DNA of 64,000 nucleotides from assembly GCA_963741955.1 (NCBI GenBank), contig CAVUKB010000007.1, positions 64,001 to 128,000 of the forward strand, read 5' to 3'. The position numbers and the translations under genes were made by a program. Positions 9,993 through 19,683 of this stretch are shown here, piece by piece. Position 1 is the stretch's first letter; each line of letters starts with the position of its first letter. Origin of the DNA: an uncultured Acidobacteriota bacterium (GTDB lineage: Bacteria > Acidobacteriota > Thermoanaerobaculia > Gp7-AA8). The notes under the pieces are model-generated. The model made no database searches. It had not been told where the DNA came from and saw only the letters and a list, made by a program, of their open reading frames with translations.

Positions 9993-10640
9993 ATGAGCGG
10001 AGTCGAGCGTCGAGCGTTTCAGCGGCTTCTCCTCGAGCAGCCCGTCGGAGGAAGCTTCTCCGGACAAGGTGTTCAGATCCTCGAGATCGGGGTGATCGGT
10101 GCGTTGATCTCCAATCACGTTCCCTTCGACCGGGGAGCTCAGTCCACTCTCGGATTCGAATGGAAAGACGAACGGATCTCGCTCGAAGCCGCGGTCGTGC
10201 GCACCGAGTGCCACAGCTCCCCGGGAATGCCGGTGATGATGTACCAGACCGCGCTGCGATTCGTTCGTGCGATCGGAAACTCCGATCGCGCATTGCGTGA
10301 CATGCTCACCTGCCAGGTCCGGCAGCTGCTGACCGAATATCACTGCGCGGAGGAGAGAGTCCCGATCCGCGAAAACTTCGACGCCGACGAGACGATGAAG
10401 ATCCGGGAGGGATTCGTCACGTACTACCTCTCGGAGGGCGAGTGGCACCGGCGTCCGACTCTCCTTCCGGACCAGCCGGTCGCCGGCTTCACCGTCGCCT
10501 CCGATGAAGACCCTTCCGAAGTATCGCAACTGCGACGCTTCTACGAAGAAGCGGACAACGAGGGGATGCACCTGATCCGGCTGTTCGCTGAGCTGAGCGT
10601 CTGCCGGGCCGCGGGCATCCCCTTCAGAAATCCGCAGTGA
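9993..10640 (+). CDS. Hypothetical protein with PilZ-like N-terminus
   Basis: ERRAFQR (RxxxR) followed by ILEIGVIGA (degenerate DxSxxG); TAGAAT 8 nt upstream. Confidence 0.65.
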   Translation: MSGVERRAFQRLLLEQPVGGSFSGQGVQILEIGVIGALISNHVPFDRGAQSTLGFEWKDERISLEAAVVRTECHSSPGMPVMMYQTALRFVRAIGNSDRALRDMLTCQVRQLLTEYHCAEERVPIRENFDADETMKIREGFVTYYLSEGEWHRRPTLLPDQPVAGFTVASDEDPSEVSQLRRFYEEADNEGMHLIRLFAELSVCRAAGIPFRNPQ

Positions 10641-10658
10641 CCGATTCGCGGACGACGA

Positions 10659-11003
10659 TCAGGCGGTCGCCACATCCGGGGCGTGACCACTGATCAGCCG
10701 CACCAGGTGTTCTTCGGGAACCAGTCCTACGATCCGCTCGGCAACTTCTCCGTTCTTGAATAAAATGACCGTCGGAATCCCCTGAATGCCGAATTTCTGC
10801 GCGGTCGCCGGGTTGTCATCCACGTTCAGCTTCGCGACCTGCACCCGTCCGGCGAAGCGATCGGCGAGAGAGTCGACGACCGGACCGAGCACGCGGCAGG
10901 GGCCGCACCAGGGGGCCCAGAAGTCGACCAGAACCGGAGTCTCGGACCGAAGTACATCCTGCTCGAAAGTTGCATCGCTGGTGTGGTTCACGTGATTGCT
11001 CAT
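10659..11003 (-). CDS. trxA: Thioredoxin
   Basis: DFWAPWCGPC and GIPT motifs. Confidence 0.96.
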   Translation of the reverse strand: MSNHVNHTSDATFEQDVLRSETPVLVDFWAPWCGPCRVLGPVVDSLADRFAGRVQVAKLNVDDNPATAQKFGIQGIPTVILFKNGEVAERIVGLVPEEHLVRLISGHAPDVATA

Positions 11004-11035
11004 CTCAACTCCTTCCGAGGCGTCCGCCTCTTCAC

Positions 11036-11057
11036 TTGTTCGTCAATCGTCGAACAA
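11036..11057. promoter_or_regulatory. Putative operator between divergent trxA and the ArsR-family gene
   Basis: Inverted repeat TTGTTCG-N8-CGAACAA. Confidence 0.55.
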
Positions 11058-11121
11058 AGCCGCGGAAGGGTTTATTCTTGACCTCGAGCGGACGCCGTAG
11101 CTCGGAGTCCCTGATGAATCC

Positions 11122-11442
11122 ATGAAGACGCTCTACCATCCGGACCGTGAGGCGATCGAGCTTCCGGCGGTCCTCTACGCCCTCTCCGACCCGGTGCGGC
11201 TGGAGATCGCGCGGCGCCTCTGGAACCAGAAGGAGCTCTCCTGCGGCGCGTTCGAGCTTCCGGTGGCGAAATCGACCGCCTCTCACCACTTCAAGGTGCT
11301 GAGAGAGGCAGGGGTGATCCGGGTGCGACAGGAAGGGACGTCGCGGTTCGTCTCGCTCCGGCGCGATGATCTCGATGCGCTTTTCGAGGGGCTTCTGCCG
11401 TCCATCCTCCGCTCTCTCGGAACCAAGAAAAAGGAACTATGA
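11122..11442 (+). CDS. ArsR/SmtB-family transcriptional regulator
   Basis: ALSDPVRLEI...KSTASHHFKVLREAGVI winged HTH. Confidence 0.92.
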   Translation: MKTLYHPDREAIELPAVLYALSDPVRLEIARRLWNQKELSCGAFELPVAKSTASHHFKVLREAGVIRVRQEGTSRFVSLRRDDLDALFEGLLPSILRSLGTKKKEL

Positions 11443-11452
11443 TCCTCCGGAC

Positions 11453-11788
11453 ATGAAACCGAAGTTCATCGACGTGATGGGAAGTGAACTCGCGCTGGTC
11501 TGGGAAGACGGGCACGAGTCGTACTTCCCGCTCGACTATCTCAGAAAGCGCTGCCCGTGCGCGTACTGCGCGGGCGAGCCCGACCTGTTCGGCAATGTGA
11601 GCAAGCCGCCGGAGGAGCCTCTGACGCCGCTCTCGTTCCAGCTCAGCGGAATCGAACGGGTCGGGAATTACGGACTTCAGCTCAACTGGGCCGACCGGCA
11701 CCAGTGGGGCATCTGGACGTTCGAGCGCCTCCGCTCTCTCTGTCCCTGTGAGGCCTGCCGGAGTCGTTCCGAGGGAGAAGACAGATGA
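11453..11788 (+). CDS. DUF971 / GBBH-like N-terminal domain protein
   Basis: WEDGH, LRKRCPCAYC, VGNYGLQLNWAD-H-GIW motifs. Confidence 0.88.
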   Translation: MKPKFIDVMGSELALVWEDGHESYFPLDYLRKRCPCAYCAGEPDLFGNVSKPPEEPLTPLSFQLSGIERVGNYGLQLNWADRHQWGIWTFERLRSLCPCEACRSRSEGEDR

Positions 11789-12759
11789 ATGCACCCGAAG
11801 CGCGCCGCGAACTCTACCCGGTCATCGAGCCGTACCTGACCGGAAGGCTCCGCGTGTCGCCGATCCACGAGCTCTACTACGAAGAGTGCGGAAATCCCGA
11901 AGGAATCCCGGCGGTATTCCTCCACGGCGGTCCTGGTGGAGGTCTGACCCCCGACTACCGCCGCTACTTCGATCCGGCCAGGTACCGGCTGGTCCTCTTC
12001 GATCAGCGGGGATCCGGACGGAGTACCCCGCACGCCGAGCTGCGCGAGAACACCACCTGGGATCTGGTCGCCGACATCGAGCGTCTGCGTGAGCACGTCG
12101 GAGTCGACGCGTGGCTCGTCTTCGGCGGTTCATGGGGAAGCACCCTCTCTCTCGCGTACGCCGAGACGCATCCGGAGCGCACGACGGCCCTGGTGCTGCG
12201 CGGCATTTTTCTCTGCCGGCCGAGAGAGATCGCCTGGTTCTACCAGGAAGGTGCCGACGCGATCTATCCGGACGTCTGGGACGCTTTCGTGAACGTCATT
12301 CCTCCGGAGGAACGGGGCGACATGGTCAAGGCGTACCATCGCCGGCTGACGAGCGACGATGAAAAGACTCGTCTCGACGCCGCAAAAGCGTGGAGCATCT
12401 GGGAAGGGAGCACTTCGAAGCTCCGTCCCGACGCGAATCTGATCGATGAATTCGGCGAGCCGCAGATGGCACTCTCCCTCGCGCGTATCGAGTGCCACTA
12501 CTTCACCAACAACGTGTTCTTTCCCACCGACAACTACCTGATCGAGAATGTCGGCAGGATCCGCAAGATCCCCGGAGTGATCGTTCAGGGCCGGTACGAC
12601 GTCGTCTGTCCTGCGATGAGTGCGTGGGAGCTCCACCGCGCGTGGCCCGAAGCGAAGCTCGAGATCATTCCGGATGCAGGACACTCGATCACCGAACCGG
12701 GAATCATCGACGCTCTGGTCCGCGCCACGGATCACTTCCGGGACGTCCTCGGAGACTGA
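11785..12759 (+). CDS. pip: Proline iminopeptidase
   Basis: HGGPGGG, FDQRGSG, GGSWGS, QGRYDVVC and DAGHS motifs. Confidence 0.95.
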   Translation: MNAPEARRELYPVIEPYLTGRLRVSPIHELYYEECGNPEGIPAVFLHGGPGGGLTPDYRRYFDPARYRLVLFDQRGSGRSTPHAELRENTTWDLVADIERLREHVGVDAWLVFGGSWGSTLSLAYAETHPERTTALVLRGIFLCRPREIAWFYQEGADAIYPDVWDAFVNVIPPEERGDMVKAYHRRLTSDDEKTRLDAAKAWSIWEGSTSKLRPDANLIDEFGEPQMALSLARIECHYFTNNVFFPTDNYLIENVGRIRKIPGVIVQGRYDVVCPAMSAWELHRAWPEAKLEIIPDAGHSITEPGIIDALVRATDHFRDVLGD

Positions 12760-12830
12760 CGCCGGGACGAGAAATCCTCTTGCACAGGCGGCGATTCTGG
12801 CGCATTCTCATCACCATCAGGGAGGATTCG

Positions 12831-13445
12831 ATGAAGACCATGCTGACCCGTGCGGTCGTGCTCTGTGCCCTCTTTACGCTCGCGCTTCCTCTTCTCGCTC
12901 GAGGCCGGAAAGCCGGACCGACCGAGCCGGGAACCTACAAGGACTGGGGGGGTGAGGTCGACCAGCTGGTCATCGAGAGCCCGTTCCACCTTTCCGACTA
13001 CCAGTTCGTGCGGGTCGAGGAGTTCGACACCAGCGAGACCCCTCTACCGGAAGAAAAGGACAACACGTATGCTCCGGTGAAGAAGGTTCTCGCGGACGTC
13101 TCCACTCCCTTCGTGAAGGGGCTGGAACAGGAGCTCGGTGACCGCCTGAAGATCGACTCCTCGACCGGAGAGCCGGGAGCGGGAACGATCGTGATCCGCG
13201 GAAAGATCGAGACGATGGATCCGGGATCCAAGGCTGCGCGCTACTGGGCCGGATTCGGCGCCGGAGCGGCGCGGACCAGGATCGTCGGCGAAGCGATCGA
13301 CGCTTCGAGCGGCAAAGTTCTCTTCCACTTTACCCAGGAACGACGATCAGGCGTCGGAATGATGGGCGGTGACTACGTCGGTCTGATGGACCGCAACCTA
13401 TCCGCCATCGGGAAAGACGTCGCCGGCGTTCTGAAGGCATTCTGA
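12831..13445 (+). CDS. Secreted DUF4410-like protein
   Basis: GGAGG SD, signal peptide, DPGSKAARYWAGFGAGAA motif. Confidence 0.75.
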   Translation: MKTMLTRAVVLCALFTLALPLLARGRKAGPTEPGTYKDWGGEVDQLVIESPFHLSDYQFVRVEEFDTSETPLPEEKDNTYAPVKKVLADVSTPFVKGLEQELGDRLKIDSSTGEPGAGTIVIRGKIETMDPGSKAARYWAGFGAGAARTRIVGEAIDASSGKVLFHFTQERRSGVGMMGGDYVGLMDRNLSAIGKDVAGVLKAF

Positions 13446-13460
13446 CCCTTCGGCATCGAG

Positions 13461-13503
13461 CCCGGATTGCGCTTCGCAGCAGAAGGTCCGTGACCAGGCC
13501 GGG
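13461..13503. repeat. Degenerate MITE family C remnant between convergent genes
   Basis: CCCGGATT...GCTTCGCAGCAGAAGGTCCGTGACCAGGCCGGG resembles the family C end. Confidence 0.45.
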
Positions 13504-13526
13504 CTTCGAGTCCCGGCCTCGACCCG

Positions 13527-14114
13527 TCAGTCGTGGATGACCATCGTGACCGGCTGGTCGAGGTAGATCACCCTGGTCGATCTGCTGTGGAAGATCCGCC
13601 GGTACCACGGTTCCGGTCGCGGTTCTCCTCCGTGATCCATCAGGTACTTTGCGACTTCCGCGGCCTCCTTCGGAACCATCCGGATGCAGCCGTGTGACGC
13701 TGCCTCGCCGATCGAATCAGGATCGTTCGTGCCGTGGATGTAGTAGTCCGGCTCCTGAAAGAAGATCTTCACCATCTTCATCGGATTGTCGGGATCTCCA
13801 GGCTTCTTCGCCTCGGCGTTCTTCGCCCACGCTGCGTCGGGTGGTGGAACCCAGCCGGGATTCCAGATGATCTTCCGCACATTGAACTCACCGGTCGGGG
13901 TCGGATGACCGTCTTTCCCGACTGCAACACCGTAAGTGGAGACGACATCGGATCCCAGGTGAACCTCCAGCTGCTTCTTCGACAGGCTCACTTCGATCCA
14001 CGGAAGGTCACTCGAAGTTTCGTTCGTATTGCGCGCGAATGCGCTCGTCGCGGCGACGAGCATCAGTATGGCCGCGAGAGTTGCGAGTACAGGTCTCCTC
14101 CAGGGAGGGGTCAT
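13527..14114 (-). CDS. L,D-transpeptidase (YkuD family)
   Basis: Signal peptide, VAVGK..TPTG, IHGT...SHGCIRM catalytic motif. The upstream part of the 628-aa ORF is a shadow of the MATE gene. Confidence 0.92.
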   Translation of the reverse strand: MTPPWRRPVLATLAAILMLVAATSAFARNTNETSSDLPWIEVSLSKKQLEVHLGSDVVSTYGVAVGKDGHPTPTGEFNVRKIIWNPGWVPPPDAAWAKNAEAKKPGDPDNPMKMVKIFFQEPDYYIHGTNDPDSIGEAASHGCIRMVPKEAAEVAKYLMDHGGEPRPEPWYRRIFHSRSTRVIYLDQPVTMVIHD

Positions 14115-14296
14115 GTGGGGTTCCTTTCGATCGGTATTGCGGGGCGCGGACTTCGATGGCGGCTCTCGCTCGCCTCCTCTCGGACTGTGCCAGTCGAGGC
14201 GACGGATACGGCGGCGACACTTCCGCCAGGCCGCTCCCACACTCACTCTTTTTGCAATGCGAATACCCATTTTCGAGCCGATCCGACGTTCCGGGA

Positions 14297-15676
14297 TCAA
14301 GGCGTTATCGGGGGCGCGATGGGTTTGATTCCTCGGGCGGAACGCACGAGAAAGCGGGCGAGGAGAAGTGCAGCGACGACCGTCAGACCGGCGCAGAGTC
14401 CCCACCAGAGTCCGACCACTCCCATCTTCCGGTAGAACCCGAAAAAGAGAGCCACCGGAAATCCGACCAGCCAATGCCCGAGGATGTTCGCGACGAACGT
14501 GAATCGGGTCTCGCCCGCACCACGGAGGACGCCCGCGCCGACTCCCTGGATTCCGTCCGAGATCTGAAAGAGCGCGGCGATCCCGAGAAGCGGAATGGCC
14601 GCGGCGATCACTCGCGGCTTGTCGGTGATGAGGAGTGCGAGCCATCCCGGCACGGTGAGAAACACGAGGGCGGAGAGCGACATGAATGCCGCCCCTGACG
14701 CGAATGCGACGATTCCGGCCCGGCGCGTTCCTTCCCGATCTCCGGCCCCGATCGCTCTTCCGACCCGCACCGACCCGGCGGAACCGATTCCCACCGCCAC
14801 CGTGAACGTGAACGCGGCGAGGGTGAGCGTGACCTGGTGTGCGGCCAGCTCGACCTCTCCCAGCGTTCCTGCCAGCACTCCCACCAGCGCGAACACCGCG
14901 ACTTCCGCACCCATGTGCAGCCCGACCGGGAGTCCGATCCGGAACGCGTGGCGGATCTCGGGGCCGTGAATGCGCCGATGCGGAGATCCGTCGCTCTCGA
15001 CCGGGATGCGGCCGATCGCACGCGCGAGCACCCAGACGAACAGAAGACTCCCGAGAACCGACGCGATTGCGGCGCCGCGGATTCCCATCGCCGGCAGGCG
15101 GTGAAGCGCGCCACACCATTCCGGAAGAATCGAACCGCCGAAGACCAGCAGAATGTCTGCGGCGAGGTTGAAGACATTCCCGATCACCATCGCTGCCACG
15201 ATCGGGCGCGTCACCAGGCGCGCCTGGAGGTAGGCCCGGAGGACCATGAAGACGAGCAGCGGGATCAGGCTCGCGATCCGGATCATCAGGTAGGCCGACG
15301 CCGTGTCGATGATCGCCTGGTCGATCCTGAAGGCGCGGAGAAGAAGGGGTGACAATGCGAGAGGGAGTGACATCACACCGCCGATGAAGATCGAGAGCCA
15401 GACTCCCTGCCACATGATCCTTCGAGCGCGGAACGGTTCACCCGCGCCGAGTGCCTGCGCGGCGAGAGGATCGATTCCCATCACCACTCCGGCGGCGAAG
15501 ATGGAGATCGAAAAGAAGAGCGCATTCGCGATCCCGATCGCACCGAGCTGCGTTGCGCCGAGCCGGCCGACCACTGCGGTGTCGACCACTCCCATCGCCT
15601 GCATTCCCGCCTGCGCCGCAGCGAGTGGAATGGCGAGCTCCCACAACCTCCTCAGCTCGCGTCCGTATGCTTCCAT
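14297..15676 (-). CDS. MATE-family efflux transporter
   Basis: About 12 TM segments; VVDTAVVGRLG, MGIRGAAIAS, FQISDGIQ. Confidence 0.93.
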   Translation of the reverse strand: MEAYGRELRRLWELAIPLAAAQAGMQAMGVVDTAVVGRLGATQLGAIGIANALFFSISIFAAGVVMGIDPLAAQALGAGEPFRARRIMWQGVWLSIFIGGVMSLPLALSPLLLRAFRIDQAIIDTASAYLMIRIASLIPLLVFMVLRAYLQARLVTRPIVAAMVIGNVFNLAADILLVFGGSILPEWCGALHRLPAMGIRGAAIASVLGSLLFVWVLARAIGRIPVESDGSPHRRIHGPEIRHAFRIGLPVGLHMGAEVAVFALVGVLAGTLGEVELAAHQVTLTLAAFTFTVAVGIGSAGSVRVGRAIGAGDREGTRRAGIVAFASGAAFMSLSALVFLTVPGWLALLITDKPRVIAAAIPLLGIAALFQISDGIQGVGAGVLRGAGETRFTFVANILGHWLVGFPVALFFGFYRKMGVVGLWWGLCAGLTVVAALLLARFLVRSARGIKPIAPPITP

Positions 15677-15692
15677 CGCTTCGGGATTCTAG

Positions 15693-15817
15693 CCCGGATT
15701 TCCGATCCGCCTGGTCGCACCGAAGCGAGGAGTTCGAAAGCCCTTCAGGCGGAGGAGTGGACCAGTGAGGCGGCTCTCGTCGGACGCCGCGCACGACCGC
15801 GTTCGAGAAGTGTCGGG
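15693..15817. repeat. Degenerate MITE family D copy
   Basis: CTAG-CCCGGATTT...GAGAAGTGTCGGG-CTA; spans from the MATE -10 box to the AKR stop codon. Confidence 0.4.
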
Positions 15818-16801
15818 CTACGAATGTCCGAGCACAGGGTGCGGCAGGTACGGTTCTTCCAGCGCGGCAATCTCCTCTGACGAGAGCGAGAGGTCGACTG
15901 CGCATATCGCCTGTTTCAGGTGCTCCATCTTCGACGCTCCGATGATCGGCGCCGTCACTCCCGGCTTGTGGAGGATCCACGCGAGCGCCACCTGGGCCGG
16001 AGTGACTTCGCGTGCGGTCGCGATCTCCTTCACCCGGTCGACCACTGCGAAATCGGCGTCCTGGTAATACATGGAATGGGCGAAGGTATCCGTACGGGCG
16101 CGTTCCGTGGTTCCCTCACTGCTCCGGCTCCGGTTGCCCGCAAGAAACCCGCGGGCGAGAGGACTCCACGGAATCACTCCGATCCCCTGATCCTCACAGA
16201 GCGGAATCATCTCCCGCTCTTCTTCCCGATAGATCAGATTGTAGTGGTTCTGCATCGACACGAACTTCGTCCAGCCGTGACGCTCGGATGTGGCGAGCAT
16301 CTTCGCGAACTGCCACGCATACATGCTCGACGCTCCGATGTAACGTGCCTTTCCGCTCTTCACCACGTCGTGGAGAGCTTCGAGAGTCTCTTCGATCGGA
16401 GTGTCGTAATCGAAGCGATGGATCTGGTAGAGATCGACGTAGTCGGTGCCGAGTCGCCGCAGCGAATTGTCGATCGCATGAAAGAGGTGCTTACGCGAGA
16501 GTCCGTGATCGTTCGGAGCATCGGTCAGCGGGAAGTAGACCTTCGTTGCGATCACCACCCGGTCACGGTTGCCCAGATCGCGGAGCGCGCGGCCGAGAAC
16601 CTCTTCGCTCTTTCCGATCGAATACATGTCTGCGGTATCGAAGAAGTTGATCCCCCCCTCGAACGCCTCGCGTATGAACGGTCGCGACTCTTCCTCGTCC
16701 AGAACCCAGCTGCGCCACTGGCTCGATCCGTAGGTCATCGCTCCGAGGCAGATCTTCGACACTTCCAGGCCGGTACGACCGAGTTTCACGTACTGCATCA
16801 C
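15818..16801 (-). CDS. Aldo/keto reductase
   Basis: FFDTADMY, IATK, DLYQIHR and PWSPLARG motifs. Confidence 0.95.
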   Translation of the reverse strand: MMQYVKLGRTGLEVSKICLGAMTYGSSQWRSWVLDEEESRPFIREAFEGGINFFDTADMYSIGKSEEVLGRALRDLGNRDRVVIATKVYFPLTDAPNDHGLSRKHLFHAIDNSLRRLGTDYVDLYQIHRFDYDTPIEETLEALHDVVKSGKARYIGASSMYAWQFAKMLATSERHGWTKFVSMQNHYNLIYREEEREMIPLCEDQGIGVIPWSPLARGFLAGNRSRSSEGTTERARTDTFAHSMYYQDADFAVVDRVKEIATAREVTPAQVALAWILHKPGVTAPIIGASKMEHLKQAICAVDLSLSSEEIAALEEPYLPHPVLGHS

Positions 16802-17347
16802 TCAGACTCCTTTCCGCGGAGGGAGCGATTCAGCGGAATCCCCTCGCTCCGCCGGAGGTGAGAGGAGCGCATGAAGCAGGAGCAGAATCACTCCGGTCAT
16901 GATTGCCGTGTCTGCGAGATTGAACGTCCACCAGTGAAAATAGCGGTGCGAGGTGCGGATGTAGAAGTCGAGAAAATCCGTGACCGAGCCATAGCGGACA
17001 CGATCCGCGATGTTTCCCACCGCTCCCCCCATGATGAGGTGAATTCCGATCTGAAGAGCGAAATCGCGGGGGGGGTTCCGGAGCGAGTAGAACGAGAGAA
17101 AGAGCAGGAGAAGGATTCCCGCCGCCGAGAGAATCACGCGGGTGGTCTCGGGTCCGAGGGAGGAGGCGATCCCGAAGATGATTCCGGAATTTCTCACGTG
17201 GGTGAGTGAGAAGAATCCGGGAATCACTTCCACTCCACGTCCGACGGGGAATCGCTCGATGATCCGGGCTTTTGTGACCAGGTCGGCCGTGACCACGGCC
17301 ACGGCGAGCAAGCCGTACCCGATGCGGAGGATCAAGGAGCGATTCAT
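16802..17347 (-). CDS. lspA: Lipoprotein signal peptidase II
   Basis: DLVTK, NSGIIFG, GGAVGNIADR, VTDF and FNLAD motifs. Confidence 0.92.
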   Translation of the reverse strand: MNRSLILRIGYGLLAVAVVTADLVTKARIIERFPVGRGVEVIPGFFSLTHVRNSGIIFGIASSLGPETTRVILSAAGILLLLFLSFYSLRNPPRDFALQIGIHLIMGGAVGNIADRVRYGSVTDFLDFYIRTSHRYFHWWTFNLADTAIMTGVILLLLHALLSPPAERGDSAESLPPRKGV

Positions 17348-17385
17348 CGGGGGAGTCTACCATCGGCGAGTGCGCCGAATCGGAG

Positions 17386-19449
17386 TCAGGCGACGTCGAT
17401 CATCGAACGGTTGTGCTGGATGAATTTCTCGAAGAGAACCGGAGCGAGTGGACGACTGAAGAGAAATCCCTGAAGCCGGTCACAGTCGCTTCGCTTGAGG
17501 AAATCGAGCTGACCGAGCGTTTCGACTCCCTCGGCGAGGACCATCAGCTTGAGACTGTGTGCCATGGCGATCACCCCGCTCGCGATCGCTCCATCTTCAG
17601 GCACGGTGATCTCTCGCACGAAGGATTGATCGAGTTTCAGCGTGTCCACCGGGAACTGCCGCAGATAGCTGAGGGACGAGTAACCGGTGCCGAAGTCGTC
17701 GATCGCGATCCGTACTCCGAGCTCCTTCAGCTCCCGGAGAATGCGGATGCTGGCCTGCACGTCCCGCATCGCGCTGCTCTCGGTGATCTCCAGCTCGAGA
17801 TAGCGAGCACGCAATCCGCTCTCCTCGAGTGCTTCGCGGACGTGCTCGATCAGATTCGATTCGTGGAACTGTCGGGCCGAGAGATTCACACAGACGATCA
17901 GATCGAAGCCGAGTTGACGCTGCCATCCGCGGGCCTGCGCGCACGCCTCCTTCAAGACCCACTTTCCGATCGGTACGATCAGACCGGTGCTCTCCGCCGT
18001 GGAAATGAACGACTCGGGAAGCAGCAGGCCACGGGTGGGATGTTGCCATCGGAGGAGGGCTTCCAGGCCGAATACGCGTCCCGACGCGAGGTCGATCAGC
18101 GGCTGGTAGTGAAGCGAGAATTCGCCGCGACCGAGTGCGCGACGGAGATCGTTCTCCAGCTCGAGGAGTTCCAGCGAACGGGCATTCATCGACGGGGTGT
18201 AGAACTGGAAGTTGTCGCGTCCCTGCTCCTTGGCCCGATACATCGCGGTGTCGGCGTTCTTCACCAGGGTCTCGATGTCGTTGCCGTCGTTGGGGAAAAC
18301 GGCGATGCCGATACTGCTGGTGACCACCACCTCCCGCTGGCCTGCCCGGAACGGAAGGGCGAGAGCATCGAGAGTCTTCCGGGCGACTTTTCCGGCATCC
18401 TGGATATTGCCGTTGATCTGGGTGAGGATCACGAACTCGTCTCCGCCGAAGCGGGCCACGGTATCGTCCTGCCGAACGACCTTCCGGATGCGCTCTGCCA
18501 CGGTCTTCAGGAGAGTGTCGCCGACCGAGTGGCCGAGGGAGTCGTTGATGGTCTTGAACCGATCGAGGTCGAAAAAGAGGATCGCGAGGCGGTGACCGTG
18601 CCGGGTGGCGTGAGCCATCGCGACGATCAGACGATCGAAGAAGAGCGCGCGGTTCGGGAGCCCGGTCAGGAGGTCGTGATACGCGATGTGCTCGACCTGA
18701 GATGCGGCGAGTACGGCGGCTTCCCTCTCGTCCTCCAGGAGCGAGATGGTGATGCCGAGAGCGATCGCTCCCTGGAACACCAGATCGGTGATTCCGAACC
18801 GGATCGAGAGGGCGAGATTGCCTCCCTCGATCGCGTCGTGGAGAAAGACGCCCGACTGGGCGATCTGCACGGCGCCCCAGATGAGAAGTGAGATGGAGAA
18901 GAGAGCGAAAGGCGTGCTCTCTCCACGGTGGCGGCTGCGCCAGATCCACCACCCTCCGAGACCAGCAGCCGCGCCGGCGAGAAACGAGTGAATGCCGAGC
19001 TGAAAGAATGTCTGCATCGCCGCATCCTGGCGTGCACCGAGAGTGACCAATGCATTGACGGCTCCTGCCGCCGACAGGAGGATGATGATCCTGCGCGTTT
19101 CCAGTCGCGTCACGGGCCGGAATCGGGCGAGATCGCGACAGGCGAAGACGAGCCATCCGAGCTGGAGGAACCCGGCGATGGATGCGCCGAGTCCGGATAG
19201 AAAACGGAACGGATGTGCAGGGGCGTAGCCGGGGGCGAGAAGAAGCCAGACCGTGGTCAGGAGGGCGAAGCCGAGAAGGGCGGCGGAACTGTAGAGCCAG
19301 TGAAGGAGATACGGCTTGGAATGCCGCCTTCTCAGCGCGAGAACGAGCAGAACCACCGCCAGGGCTCCGGCGGCATCCAATCCCTGGGTCGCCAGCTCCA
19401 TCAGGCGATCCGGCCCCATCTCTCCCGCCCGGGCGATCCACGACGGCAC
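17386..19449 (-). CDS. Membrane-bound diguanylate cyclase/phosphodiesterase (7TM-GGDEF-EAL)
   Basis: About 7 TM segments, RQDD I-site, GGDEF, EALLRW and DDFGTGYSS. Start uncertain. Confidence 0.93.
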   Translation of the reverse strand: MPSWIARAGEMGPDRLMELATQGLDAAGALAVVLLVLALRRRHSKPYLLHWLYSSAALLGFALLTTVWLLLAPGYAPAHPFRFLSGLGASIAGFLQLGWLVFACRDLARFRPVTRLETRRIIILLSAAGAVNALVTLGARQDAAMQTFFQLGIHSFLAGAAAGLGGWWIWRSRHRGESTPFALFSISLLIWGAVQIAQSGVFLHDAIEGGNLALSIRFGITDLVFQGAIALGITISLLEDEREAAVLAASQVEHIAYHDLLTGLPNRALFFDRLIVAMAHATRHGHRLAILFFDLDRFKTINDSLGHSVGDTLLKTVAERIRKVVRQDDTVARFGGDEFVILTQINGNIQDAGKVARKTLDALALPFRAGQREVVVTSSIGIAVFPNDGNDIETLVKNADTAMYRAKEQGRDNFQFYTPSMNARSLELLELENDLRRALGRGEFSLHYQPLIDLASGRVFGLEALLRWQHPTRGLLLPESFISTAESTGLIVPIGKWVLKEACAQARGWQRQLGFDLIVCVNLSARQFHESNLIEHVREALEESGLRARYLELEITESSAMRDVQASIRILRELKELGVRIAIDDFGTGYSSLSYLRQFPVDTLKLDQSFVREITVPEDGAIASGVIAMAHSLKLMVLAEGVETLGQLDFLKRSDCDRLQGFLFSRPLAPVLFEKFIQHNRSMIDVA

Positions 19450-19633
19450 CGCCGAGTCGCTCTCGTTTTCATTTCAGAAAACCACCCGTCCCATCCCGAC
19501 ACCAGAGCTGCCTCGCCGCAGCCTGTGCGAGCGCTGCAGGTACGGTCCGTTGGATTGTAGCAATGTCGCTTCGAATTTTCAGATTATTTTTCGAGAGGTA
19601 TTTTCCTTCATTTTGAACCGACTGCCCAAACAG

Positions 19634-19661
19634 AAAAGGCAGGTGCGTACACCTGCCTTTT
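19634..19661 (-). terminator. Intrinsic terminator (symmetrical hairpin)
   Basis: AAAAGGCAGGTG-CGTA-CACCTGCCTTTT, 22 nt after the stop at 19684. Confidence 0.8.
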
Positions 19662-19683
19662 GCGACATCTTCGGGAAAGGATC

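Noticed and set aside
14253-14269. Possible sigma54 promoter (GG-N10-GC) before the L,D-transpeptidase; similar weak matches near 29390 and 51100
   Set aside because: Poor match to TGGCAC; too weak to call without TSS data.
13527-15413. Apparent 628-aa L,D-transpeptidase fusion
   Set aside because: The N-terminal two thirds overlap the MATE gene in another frame; a signal peptide starts at 14114.
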